In this document: positions 12,001 through 24,400 of the stretch, one piece after another
Position numbering within the stretch: the first letter of the stretch is position 1
Layout: every line of letters starts with the position of its first letter
Assembly (NCBI GenBank): GCA_000708835.1
Contig: DF237270.1
Coordinates: forward strand, 39,004 to 103,003
From: Klebsormidium nitens
Taxonomy: Eukaryota; Plantae; Klebsormidiophyceae
Reading direction: 5' to 3'
Length of the DNA: 64,000 bases
Program-made: the position numbers and the translations under genes
The notes under the pieces: model-generated
The model's database searches: none
The model's input: the letters and a program-made list of their open reading frames with translations, nothing else
What the model was told of the DNA's origin: nothing

Positions 12001-14429
12001 CCCGCCGGGCCGATCATTTGGCACGGGACGCTCGCCAAGTCGGGGACGACCGTGTGCAAGGCGCGGTGCTTTGCGATTGGAAAGGCGCCCGAGGTTCTGA
12101 TGTGAGTGCATCTTTTCTCCGTCGCAGGGTGCTCTTAGTTTGTCGGTCGTTTAGGCGAAAGTTGCTCTGTTCTGAAGGCCCCAGTAGGTAAGAGATTGTC
12201 AAAGGTTTGCTAATATCATTTCCTGTGCTCTTTATGATGAAGGCAATCGGTCCAATTCAGAGTCCTGCGTATCCAAGCTTTTCGACACCAGTGCAAGGAA
12301 ACCAAAGTATTACTGGTGTGTCCTTGCTCCTGAGACGGTGGATTTCCTTGTCGTCAAGCACACGTCTCTTTCCCAAAGAAACATCCACAACTCTCCCTCA
12401 ACTGAACCTTTTTCCCGCGCCCTCACAGCCCCGAGACCGTCAACTGCACTGCGCGCACCGACCTCGACACCCTGGCCCGCCACGTTTACACCATCGCCGA
12501 CTACAACGTCGTCTGCTTCGAGCCGGAGACCGCCGAAGACCAGCCTCCGTACCACGACTTCCTGCGTTACCTGGGCGACAAGCGGCGCGCGGGCGTCGCA
12601 AAGTGGGGGGACGGCGGCGCGACGCTGTTCCTGGTCCCGCCGTCCGACTTCTTGACGGACGTCCTGAAGGTGCCGGGTGCGGACCGACTGCTGGGGGTGG
12701 TGATGACGTTCCGGTCGACGCAGTTTGCGCCCCCGCTGCAGGTGAGAAGCTTCTTCTGATTGCGAGCCTTATCAGTCGAGAAAGTGTCGGATGTCTTACA
12801 GAACGACCAGCTCCTGTGCTGAGAACTCCTGAAGTTGCCATCCTGATGGCACCCCGTTTGCATCTGCGTTGCTCGCCGATTGATGCAACTGTGCGTCATA
12901 GGTTCTGGATCACATGTTTCGAGGTTCGAAGGTACAACCAGTTCTTGGAGGAGCTATACGCATGTTTGCGATACGCCCGAACATTCGTCACTGTTCGACA
13001 TTCAAACCGGCAACCTTTCCAAAAGCTCGTTCCATCCATCCAAGATGCGATTGGGACCGCCCATCCAGAGGAAAAGGCTGGGTTTTTGGGTTTCAGGGTT
13101 TTAGGGTTTTAGGGTTTTAGGGCCTATATCTCACCTTCCAATCGCTTATGCTACTCCAACGTTTTCTTCTCTGCAGGCTCCCCTCCCCCCCCAGCCTCCT
13201 CCAGGTCCCCCCCCCCTCCCGACGCCACAGGACCACCAGCCCCCCCGGGCCCACCCCCACCTCACGCCCAGCCTGCTTATGCGGCCCAGCCCGCTTACCC
13301 CCCCTCCCCCCAGGCCGTCCTTCCGCCCCCCCGGTGCAAAGTCAGGGGGCTGCCCCCGCAAACCCCCTAGCAGGGGTCAACCCTGAAGTGCTCCAGGCGT
13401 TGAGCGCTCTCATCCCCCAGATTCAGTCTCAGGGAGGGGTGCAGGCGGGAAATCCGCTGCTGGGGCTGCTTAGCGCGGCCCTTGCCGGAGGGGGTGCGGC
13501 GGCGGCGAGGGGGTATGGACAATCGCCTGGGACAACCTCTCCTGGTGAGTAGAGGCGGCATCTCTGCGTGTGTTGAATGGGAAGTTCAGATTGAGGAAAG
13601 TCTTCTTTTGTGATTGAGGTTTGGCTTGTGCACCGCAGAGACTTGAGGATCGCAATCTGGTGATGAAGACGTTCTCATGAATGTCGAGTCAATAGCTACA
13701 GAGCATGGCCCGAATGGTTTAAGCACTTGTCTCTAGGAAGAAGCAAGAGGAGCCTTCTACTTTGCTTCGTACAGAACTTCAAAAACCCATAGACCTTTGA
13801 TGAGTACTCTCTTGGCGACACCGATTCGACCTGCGCAGTGTAACTGAAAACTCTATATTGGTGTTACAGGTCCTGCCCCTCCGAGCGGTCCCCGGCCACC
13901 CCCGGGGCAGCCCCCCTATGCTGGAGCACAGATTGGCAGCCAGCCCGGTACAGCCCAACCAGGGTATCAGGCCAGCGCTCCGGCGCGTCCGGCTAGCGAC
14001 GGAACCTATTCCCAGCAGCAGGGAGCGTATTCTCACCAGCCTGAGCAGTACGCTGCGCAGCAGTGGGGGGGTGCAGCGCAGTCAGGAAGCCAGCCCCCCC
14101 AGCAGACGGAACTGCCGACCGATCAGCTAGCCCAACTTACGGCCTATCTTGGGGGCAGTCAGCCAGCCGGGGGCCAAGTTACATCGCAGCAGCAGCCAGC
14201 CCCGGGTGCGGGTGTGAATACGGCCTCTCCAGGGTACGGCAGAGGACAGCAGCCAGGAGAGTGGAATGCTAGACCGGCGCAGCCGGCCGTCCCGGCCCCG
14301 CAGCAGGGGGGTGCCGCACAGGGGCAAGCGGAGGGGTGGGCGCAGGAGGAGAAGCAGTTCGAGCAGCAGCTGCAGCAGGCGTTCCTGCTGTTGCAGCAGA
14401 TCCAGCAGCAACAAGGTCCAGAAAGCTAG
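9091..14429 (+). CDS. FPA: FPA-like Spen-family RNA-binding protein (RRMs, SPOC, Q/P-rich C-terminus)
   Basis: Exons 9091-9287, 9771-9921, 10205-10297, 10721-10924, [linker exon unresolved], ~11784-12101, 12429-12741, 13177-13544, 13870-14429. RRM motifs RLWVGNL/NFAYVQF and CLWIGFP/YAFVQF; SPOC IIWHGTLAKSG...FLRYLGDKRRAGVAK...LFLVPPSDFL; C-terminal QAFLLLQQIQQ. Exon 13177-13544 needs two single-C insertions in C7 runs to stay in frame. Confidence 0.9.
13083..13122. repeat. Interstitial telomere-like tract, 5 octamers
   Basis: TTTTTGGG, TTTCAGGG, then (TTTTAGGG)3 at 13099-13122, inside an FPA intron. Confidence 0.85.
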
Positions 14430-16481
14430 GGGGCGTTTGGCGTCAAGTGTTAGCAAGGTGAGCCGTTCTCTCCAAGCCTCTCGCTTCTCAACTGAATGGC
14501 GCTCTCTGTTCTGTTCTGTGGGAACTCTTCCCGCTTTTGGCGCACGTACATCAGAAGACGGATTTCTGCTGCGCGTTCGTTTGCAAATCGATACGGTAAC
14601 TCTTATTGCGAACAGCAAACGCAAAATGCCTTTCGTACATCTACTTCGATCTCTCCGCGGTCGTTGTCGAATGCACCAAGTATGATGGATTGCTCGGCTG
14701 CGCTCCTAGCCCGTATGCACGCAATCTGCAGCGCTAAGACCGCTACGCTATAATGTCATTTCGCGGATGCAAAGTACCTTGTGTTCTGCATCGTGGCCTA
14801 ACTCACCCCACAGGAGGTTTTGTGCTTTCTGAACTGGTCATGGTGCATCACCAGACAAGAAGGTCTCTTTAGCATGTTCCTTCCCTGCTGAAACTCCGCT
14901 TTTTGATTGTGCACAAAGCGAAGTGATAGCAAGAAGTCGAAAGGATTGTGAAGGGCCATAATTCTGCACAAATTGCTACGTAGCTCACACGCTTTCATGC
15001 GGCACTTCTTCTGGTATGCAGCCCCCAAAGCGATCGCAAGAGATTGGCGATATACCTGCACATATGCACGAAGTTTAGGTCAGATTCGAGCAGGCGACAA
15101 GGGCAACAGCTTGCGGATCCGCAATCTAGGCTGATAAAATGAATAAGTACGCATCATGTGCCTGTCAGAAGCGAGTCAAGACTTCTGCATCGTGCATGCG
15201 CTTAGCTAGTTACATTTCGTCTTACCTAAGGAGCTGCAAATGAGGGTGCTCCGAAGCTCGAAATTGTTGTGGTTGCATCATCATCAACTTCTGCAATCAG
15301 GTCATTGTAACATCATTGCGAGACCGTATGCGACACTCAATCTGAGCGGATCATTAGCAACTTCATGGAGCTTACAATGCTTTCATTGATTCCTCGTTGT
15401 TAAAATGTAATTGACATGGCTGCGCTCAACGTAGTAAATTGGTTGATTGTGACCTCTCCAGAATTTTCTTTGTCCAAGATTGAATCTGTACATCCCCCGT
15501 TCCTATTCTAGGTTGTGGTTTGGAAAGATGGTTCTTGTCGTCGGATTGGCATAGGCTTTTTACGAGTACAAGTACATAGAGCGCGTCGTACATGTCGATG
15601 AGTCATTGAAAATCGTTCTATTGACAAGACATGCAAGATGAAGAGCTAGCCTAGGTGCGTGTAGGATCAGGCAGGCTGAGACTCACTGCATCACTCACTT
15701 AGATATGTGATTCGAGCATGTGCTCAGAAAAACTCTCTAGTGAGCCTAGTTGACTTTTTAAGGAGAAGTCGGAGGTGTGAGCGAGCAGTGGCAATACAAG
15801 TGCACACATGTGAAAGCCTCTTAGGCTATGAGCTTCGCTTTTCACACCGGCCGCGCTGGCAGAAGATTGTCCTCTCGAATTTTACGTCAATCTAACACCG
15901 TGGTCCATAACCGAATAGGATGCATGATGCCGCAGCCACTGTATGGCAAACCAGCTAGTCAAACATACTAGGTTACTATAGGTTTGTTTGCTTGCGAGCG
16001 AGGCATATCGAGAGATGATAAGGCTCCACTCTAGCTGCATGCATCTTTATACAACCGTCTATCATTCATTTAAGCAAATAGCTTAGTAAGTGACTTTCTC
16101 AATTACTTAAAGGTCGTCGGCGTCGATTATACTTGTGTCGATCCAATCTCAGCTATGACGTACCACAGTGTCCACATCTGCATGACACATCAACACTTTT
16201 GCGTAAGAAACCTTCCTATTCATTGCCAGGGATGTACGGCTTTAACTACTTAACCGAGTCGTGAAAACGATCGACCGTCCCGGTACTAAGACTCAAAATG
16301 AAAGCACGAAACCTTATCCATTAAAAGATTACCAGACAAATGCTTACGAAATCACTCGCTGGCGTTTGCAGTTCTTTTCTTGTCGTAGATTGGCAATGTC
16401 CGACTGGTCTGTCGAAAGGAGATTGTTTGGATACGTCTAGGCCAGTAAGCTTACACCAGATTGCAACAGACGACGCAGAAA

Positions 16482-19400
16482 TCAACAGGTTCCTACAATT
16501 GGATCTAGGGAATCGAAATCTACTGGAACCACCACGTCGACCGCCCCTCCATCCCGAGTGAGAAGAGCAACTTCATTCTCCAAGGCACTTGTCTTAACTT
16601 CCGGGTCGTAAATCTCAGCAAAAAGGAGTGGAACGAATCGGAGGCCGGAGTGGGGGGACAGGTTACTGGAAAGTGCCCGATACAGTTCCTGCACATCAGA
16701 AGCTTCTCCTTAATTTAACTTGGCTTGCTCAAATGTGAATGCAACGTGGACCAATCACACGTGTTGGAGGCACTTCCAACAGAGATGTGGTTTAGCGCCC
16801 AATACTTGAGAGACTCGACTGACAACGACCTGGTGACCGAATGTTTACCGAAATCGGACAACGCAAATGAGTCGACAAGCTGGGCTAAATGCTTAAGGTC
16901 AGGATTGCCACTGCACAGGGTTATATTAAGCCTTCCGCTCAGCAAAACTTCGACCGAAGTTGCAAGATCCCTCTTTTATGCGGACCGATGCAAACCAAGA
17001 CCCAGTTTGGTTCGTCAAATTGATGGTGGCTTCACCTTGTCGCGCATTCTGCCCGTTGGAGTTGTTAACAGTGGGTCCCCTGCCAGCAGGCGCGCCCGCA
17101 AATTGATGGCGCGATGTGCCAGATTCAAGACGTCCTGTCATAGTTCAAGAATTGAGGGTCTTGAGAGGTCGGTAAAGCAGGTGGAAGGACGGATCACTGA
17201 ATTGGGAGTCTGGAACGCAGGCCCACAGAGGTTCTTGCAAGAGCTCATGGTCACTTCTTTTTGTTCACGATCAGGCACCTGGGCCCATGGCGCAGAAAGA
17301 AGCCATTTCGGAGTTCGGGCTTCATGCAAAATTATCACTATTCCAGTTGCCAAGCGGTTACTATCAACAAAGCATGACATGACTAACATGACCCATGCTT
17401 CTTGTCTCCACAATTGGGGTCGAAATGTACCATGTACCAAGGAGCCTTCGATGACAAGATTTTTCCTCGAATATTTATTGGCAACAAAATTTAGTTGCAA
17501 AGCTGAGAGGCCATGCATGCTTTGAGTGACCAACTTACTGAAAAAACGACTAGCACTTCTGCGTCTACAGCAATCACACCCGATGCTTTTGAAAGACAAA
17601 AGAGGCTGATAATTTATCAGGCTAGGAGAATAAGATCACAATCCCAACCGATCAGCACATACTCACTTCTAGCGATCAGCACATACTCACTTCTAGCGAT
17701 CAGCACATACTCACTTCTCGAATCGCATGTATCTTTCTCTCTCCCACGACGATGGCCTTCCTTCCGTCCTCGAACCCAATAAGGGCCACTGCGTCGAATT
17801 CCAGTTGTGGATAAAGACGTTTGCCATGCCTCCATGTTGGCAAATGTACCCGGTGCGCCACAGGCATCGGCAGCCCTTGAGCTGCGACCAAACGGTGCAA
17901 AAGTCTCGTCAAGGCCGGGGGACGGGTGGGGTTAGCTTGGTGGTTAGGGTGGGTTACGAGTTAGGGAGTTTAGTTTCTCTGTGCCCGGTAGAACGAGCTT
18001 ATTATCTATTCGTAAGGTATATCTGGTCTGAGCTCTTTGAGGAGAAGATGCGCGATTCTTTTACATTTGCATCAGGAGCAATATTTTGGGTTGGTGTGAA
18101 CGTAGAGCTAGCTATTTATAGTAATGAGACTTACCCAAAGTGCTAGACCCCTTGTCAAGCTGCCCCCCCGGCAGGCAGGGTGCGGTGCCTTCCATCGGGT
18201 CAAAGTCTAAGAATGCCGCTCCTGCGGTGTTGATGAGGCTGAGGAATGCCTAAATGAAAAGAATTGTGAAGTTGAGTTGAGACATTGACCAAGGGAAGCG
18301 GAGATTCAAACCGGGGCCTGCCAATGAAGCAAGGGCAACTACGTTGACAAAGGTTGAGGAGAGAGAAGCTGAGAGCATGTTGGAAAGAAGGGTTTTGGCA
18401 AGGCAAGTCGACCTACAGATTCATCGCGAGTAAGGTTTTCGGACGAGACAGCAAGACTGCGGTCGACTGATGGTCTCGACACTGAATGAGAAAGCTGAAA
18501 GGCGCGCAAAACTGCTTATGACCTCTCAACCAAGGCAGACAAGAGACGCCTGTAAAAATGGTCTCGAGCGGGCAGTGCGACCTGTTTGCATCCTAGTGCC
18601 AGGTCTGTGTATGACTGGCAAGCCTATTAGCTAGGTAATCAGAAACCTGTCCATTGAGGTTTTTTCCCACGTTTCGATTAATGTCTCGAGGACTTCGCAA
18701 TCAACACAAGCTTTGTTCAGCCTTCTGCTTGTGAAACTAGATCTAGTCATGACTAGATCATATGCTCAAGGTTGGGTGTTTATGTTGAACCTCTCCCATT
18801 GTCAGGACCTGAATGCTTTCAAGACCGCACTGGAGCATCTCAATTCGGGCAAAGATGATGGCCTGAAAAAGATAGTAAGGGAGTCGGCTAGTCCCATCAG
18901 CCTCATGCCAGACTTCTCTGGAAGCCCTTTCTTCAAAATGCTTCCGAACTGGATGATCTAGCAAATAAAAGTTGAAGGTCATTGTTGGCAGGTTCCTACC
19001 TGGTTCATAACCGTCTCACTGTCTTGATGTTGATCTTGTTCAAGATGTCTGCGCAGCTTCTCGTATCGACTCACACTCTCATCAGTGGTATACCGTTCAC
19101 CGTTTTTGAGGTCCCAGAACTTGGTCACAAAGACTTTCTCCTCCTCTTCAGTGCTCCCAAGAAGGATGAGGTACTGGCTGTGGCTGATTAGTTTGTCCAG
19201 CCCCTCCTGCCCAAACACCGTCACCGACTTCTCCATGTTTTCCGCCTGCACCAGTGTGATGTTCTTGGGCTGGTTGATAGCAGTTTCCAATCTGGAGCCA
19301 AGGACCTCGCTATCGAGAAAGTGCGCCCACTCTGAAGGTTTCATCTTTACAAACCCTCTCGCTCCCAGAATTTTTAGGTTCTCAAAGGCTGCACTCGCTT

Positions 19401-20490
19401 CGTCCACGACGTTGGCAAACTCGTCGTCAGTCATCGCAGAGTGGACGCGATGAAAAGAGCGCACGTCGAGCTCTGCAGGAGGAAAAGGACACACTGTAAT
19501 GGGTGTCCCAACACTCTGCCACCCTTGAACAACCCAAGCAAGAAAGCCACCTTCTAACCTGCACTTGCTCCTATCAGTTCTCACTTTCAATAACAGCACC
19601 ACATAGTCAATCTGCTTGTGGCCCTAAGGACAATATGCTTCCAAGGGCAAAGCAGAAGCTGACAGTCATCTTGGCATTGAATACTGCTTCTACTTCCCTT
19701 GCTTGGATTGTAGAGAGGTGCTTGCAAAGAGCTTGTTCGAAAATCAGGGCACTTCAAGCACCTGAGCGCCCCTCCTTAGTCTCCTGACTCTCTTTTTAAA
19801 ACTTGCAAGCCTACTGACATATGGTTCACTGTTTGCGTCCAGGGCACGTTTATTTGAGAACTCAGCAGGAATTTGCTCCACATTGACTTTGAGGTTTTTC
19901 AGTGAACCTTTGAAACCAATTCAACATGAAGGCGTGCGAAAACAAAGCCCAGAAACTGCACATACAAGATTTGGAAAAAAAGGTGGAGGTTTTGCAAGAA
20001 ACTTACTACGAAGAAGCCCCTCAATGAAGCAAAATGCCCGCATTATAACTCTGGGCTCAAGACCCCAGTGCTCCATATCGCTGGCGGTCAGCGTATGCAT
20101 CGAGAATCCGGTGATCCCTGCTTTCATCACTTGAGACTTCAACTTGGAGTCTCCAGTTTTTGCTGCGAGGTATTCTCCAATTTCCTCGCTACTCCACAAT
20201 GCTGGGTCAGAATTGTCTGGGTCTGGTGGTGGGGACACGGACCCTGCTGACTTGCAAACGCCCTTGGGAGCTCCTCCTAATTTCTGAAAACTTGCTGGGG
20301 TGTACTGTGATGTAAAAACTGTTGATTGGTGGAAATTGCTTTGCAGGATTTGAGGATGTGCCGAAATCAGCCTCTTTGGCAACAAAGGGCGCGCACTAGT
20401 AGCTGGCCTTTGCGGCTGGCAAGTAGCTCCGGTTGCATTGAGCCTTCCTAGAGCCTCCGTGTGCAGAGACATTACAATTGCAGCAGCCAT
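16482..20490 (-). CDS. Uncharacterised protein: transit-peptide-like N-terminus, SAM domain, ubiquitin-like/beta-grasp segment, PD-(D/E)XK nuclease-like domain
   Basis: Exons 20490-20007, 19472-19020, 18957-(end unresolved), 17881-17715, 17134-17036, 16688-16482; all resolved junctions are phase-compatible GT-AG. SAM: WSSEEIGEYL...GITGFSMHTLTASDMEHWGL. Ubl-like: ITLVQAENMEKSVTVFGQEGLDKLI...VTKFWDLKNGERY. Nuclease: KHFEERA, LEFDAVAL...IVVGERK, DVLNLAHR, FVPLLFAE. Confidence 0.7.
17650..17718. repeat. 24-bp tandem repeat (~2.9 copies) triplicating a splice donor
   Basis: Unit gatcagcacatactcacttctagc. On the minus strand each copy reads AGAA|GTGAGT, giving donors at 17714, 17690 and 17666. Confidence 0.95.
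18740..18759. repeat. Perfect 20-bp palindrome
   Basis: gatctagtcatgactagatc equals its own reverse complement. Confidence 0.9.
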
Positions 20491-21415
20491 TGCCACCCCC
20501 CTCTGGAATGGTGGCGATGTTTTCAGGCCAACTGCAAAGCCTCTAGCAAGCCTGAGGCTGTAGTAGGCTAGGCTCTAGCTAAGCGGCTAGCTTAAATAGC
20601 TCCACTGCATGCCAGTTTCAGTACCTACTCTAGAACTTGAAGCAGTCTGGCATCGACTAAGTTGCGAGGGTTGCGAATCGTTAAGACGTTTGCTGGCCGT
20701 CCGATTGACCCTTTGCCATCCCGCCTACGGCTCGTACCGAGTCCTACGGCAAACTGCAAATCAAGCAGAAGTTAATCTCAATTCGTAAAGAATCTGATGC
20801 ATGATACATATGTAGTCAGATAGTGAAGATAGTAAGAGACATACTACATAAGATTGAGCTTTTGGTGTCTGGACTTCACGGACTGCTTCAGTTCTGCTTC
20901 GACTGCTTGCATGTCTGAGCTGTCTATTCAGGATTCGGAGGCGGTACCAATTCCAATTAAGCTCAATGGCCGCGAGGCGCGAGCGCCTCTGCGCAAGCCA
21001 TTCTTGCACCATGAATCATGAAGGAAAAGTCTTCCGGATCCGCCAGATTAAAGTAGTGAGGTCTGCTGAATAACCATTGCAAGGGGTGCCCAGCTGTCGC
21101 GCTGTATCTCAACGGAGTAGTCGGAGGCAAGATAAGATTTTTACCGGCGCGCAGCAGAGTCGTGAATGCAGAGAAAGAGTGAGTCACCTGAAATTCAAAC
21201 AACGTGGACACTCAAATTGGCGTGCTGGCGCTTTTGCTAGTGAGTCTAAGGGCGCTACAGGGCCTTGTCCCTATAGTAAAAGCAGCGCAGACTCATGACA
21301 TGGAAGCTAGGAGCGGAAGTCCTTTTGGTGCGCTAAGCTCAGCTTTGATTCTCGTCGCGACTTACTGAGGGGGGCGTTTGGCCAGGGGCACGTTTACCCC
21401 CCTGCAGGAGCAGCT

Positions 21416-24400
21416 ATGGCGTACCAGCCACCTGGATTGCCGCCATACAACGGCCCTTCACATTATGGCGATCCGCCCGATGTACCAAATGCGATGCAGG
21501 GGCCCTATTCTCCCCAAGCTGGTTTTTCTCACCCATCCGGGCTACACAGACAGATGGGTTACCAGTCCGCCCCGAGCGCTAACCCAGCCCCCAACCCGGG
21601 TTACAATTACCGAGGGGAGGGGAGTTACCCTCAGCATATCCAACCAACGTCCCCCCAGTTCGGAGCCTCGCAGGGTAGTACTTATTTTGGAGCAAACCGC
21701 CAGCCTTACCAGCAGAATTACCAGCAAACTTTCCAACCTAGGGAGCATCAAGTTCCAGATTACCAGTCACCCCATGCGTGGAACGGCCCATCTCAGCCGT
21801 CCAGTCCTTCCTACCTGCAATCTCAGCCGTCAGTTTCGCCCTACCTGCATTCCCAGCCGTCGATCGCAGCCCCCGACTACAGCCACCCATTTGCGGTCAA
21901 CCTTAACCCCCTGTTTGGAAACGGTCACTCAGCAGGGGTAATGCAGACGCCAGCGAGCCCGCGGCTCAACCCGCTTTACGCTTCCCCTGACCAACAGACC
22001 TTGGTAACCCCTGGTCAGTTCTTCCTTAACCAGTCCCAAACCCCCTTCTTAACCCAGTCCCAAAACCTGGGCCGGCAGCAGACGCTTCCACCCGCTCTAA
22101 CCCGGCCATCGACAGGGGTGCTCCCGAGTTACCTCGGGTCCAGAACGGGGTTGGTTCGTAACCCGCGGGGTAACCAGATGGGGATCGAGCTCGGGCGCGT
22201 CGGATCTGCTGACATGGCGAAATCGACGGTCATGATGCAGCTGCTGGCGGCGCATCACGAATCGCTCGGGCAGAGGGACGCGGTCAGTGCACGGCACGAG
22301 GAACTAGAGCGGCGGCATTACGAGCTCATGAAAGCGCAGGCGAGGCTCGAGGTGGAGCGGGAGGGGGGTGGTTCGCCCAGGCGAAACAGGGGGGGGAGCG
22401 GGAAGAGCCGGAACAGGAAGGATCTGGGAGTGATAGGGTGCTGCATAAGATTGAAACGATGGTCGAGGGACTGCATAAAAGGATAGAGGAGCACAACAAG
22501 ATTTTGACTCGGTCGGAGAAGGGGTCTGCAGAGGAGAAGCAGAGAAAGGACTGGGAGGAGGTGGCAAAACACGAAGAGAGGTGAAAAGGATTCTGTCTTC
22601 GAGAACCGCGCTAGAAAGGGAGTCTGTTTTGTGAGCTGGGTTCTTTCAGGTCGAGAAGCGGTGCTTGGTGTCGACTCGATTGTGTGTGAGGTGAAGTCTA
22701 AAGCCAATGTACAAAATTTGATTGTTGCCGTTCATTACTCTTCAGTAGAGTGACAATTTTGGGGATATGGAGAAATGCGCTTTGTTCCATGCAAAGCTCC
22801 GTCTGATTCTTCCATGTCCTGACAACGGACTATAGTACACGTGCATCAGAAAGGGTGGAAGGCCATAGACTTACGAACGCAGTATTGAAACAAGGAAGGT
22901 TCTCCCAGGATCATGGTCCAGTCATTGGACGGTCTCAGGTATCACCTAAACCTGGTTCTTGAGCACTCCCCTCTCAGGCTCTCGGCTCCGGAGCAACAGT
23001 TTCAACATTACAAAGTGGGCCCTGATTGACGAACCCGTATTTTTAGCGGAAAAAAGGTTGAAGGGCATAGAACTGATTTCGAGTGTACAAGATACAGAAG
23101 AGTCCCCTTTAAGGAGCATTGTTTGATCTTCATGTCGAACCGCCCCATCTTGACTCCTTAAGCCTTCCCTTTCAGGCTCTCGGTTCTGGAGCAACGGCTA
23201 GCGACAGCTCTGCCTGGCCCCCCCCAGTCGTCATCTCACCCGAGCTCTTCCCGCCAAGAACCGGCGACGATTCACCACCGGCCGCAACAGTCCAATGAAT
23301 CTCCCAACTATACCACACCAAAGCTCCCACTAACTGACAGCCCAAAACCAATAAGCGACACGAGATTGAGCCAACCTCACGAACCCCGAACACTGCCCTT
23401 GGATAGAAGCCCACCCCACGAGGGGGGTCCAGAGAACCTCAGGACCGAGCCCCTTGAAAATGGAGCCGGAGTCAGCTCACACGGGAACGGTGCGAATGAA
23501 GATCCCGCCCCCCGAGAGATTCTCGGGGGGCTGGTTATCGCTCCGGGGGGGTGCCGGGAAGCGCAGGACGAGGGGTATGCTGCCCTGTATTACGTGTACA
23601 TGGCGTTTCTGCTTGGACTTGCGGCGTACTGTATGGTATTCGCTGGGGCTCTCAAAGGAGGTGAGGCCCACCGAATTGACCTCTTGCCGGACTTGATAGA
23701 CGCCTTTTGTTTCTGACGACGGCGTGTTTCATCCGTTGGGCGTACTTTTGGATGCCTTGTTCGGTTCTATTGTGATGCTTCGCGGCTGTGAAATGGAAGC
23801 AATACTGGAGGCAGAGGGAAGAAAGTTCAGTTGAATAAGGCAAACGTTTCGGAAGTGTGATTCCTTTAGACCTAGCAGTGATGGCACTTTGCATCCTTAC
23901 ATAGCATCATTCTGCCCTCATGAAGGACCACCACTTCAGAGAGTTGCTTCGCTCTCCCAACGAAACGACTTACAATACAAGCAAGCTTTACGGTTGACGA
24001 AGATTCACAGCAACGCCCACATTCTGGGATACTTTGGCATCCCGCAAAATCATCGTACCAGTGCCGGCTCAGAAACCCCGAGGCGATTATTTCCGTTTCC
24101 GCCATCACAATGATTCCTTTTCCGCCGTCATCCAGCGGATTCCGGTCACCCGGGGGCCTGGTACCGTGAGGCGGGGTACATGCTCGCGAGCGCCGCCGGG
24201 GAGGCCCTGCTTCTGGTCGCGTTTCTGCTCGCGCTCGCGCGCGCGTTCCACGGCGCTGTCGTCATGGTGGTCGTCATCGTGCCGTCGCTGCTGAGCGCCC
24301 TCGGCGCGGGGGTGCTGCTGAGCAGGCGTAAGCAACGGTCAATTTCGACGGCAAAATAGTAGTCAAAAGCACAGAACGTTGAGAACTGGTAGAAGGGAAG

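Noticed and set aside
16725-17525. 266-aa plus-strand ORF
   Set aside because: No recognisable motifs; antisense to introns and an exon of the nuclease gene.
17650-17718. 24-bp direct repeats as a CRISPR array
   Set aside because: Head-to-tail with no spacers, eukaryotic context, no cas genes; explained as a duplicated splice donor.
21416-22486. Stand-alone 356-aa ORF as a retrotransposon gag/ORF1 with programmed frameshift
   Set aside because: No pol, LTRs or zinc knuckle; the shifted frame splices cleanly into the CTL gene, and similar homopolymer slips occur in FPA.
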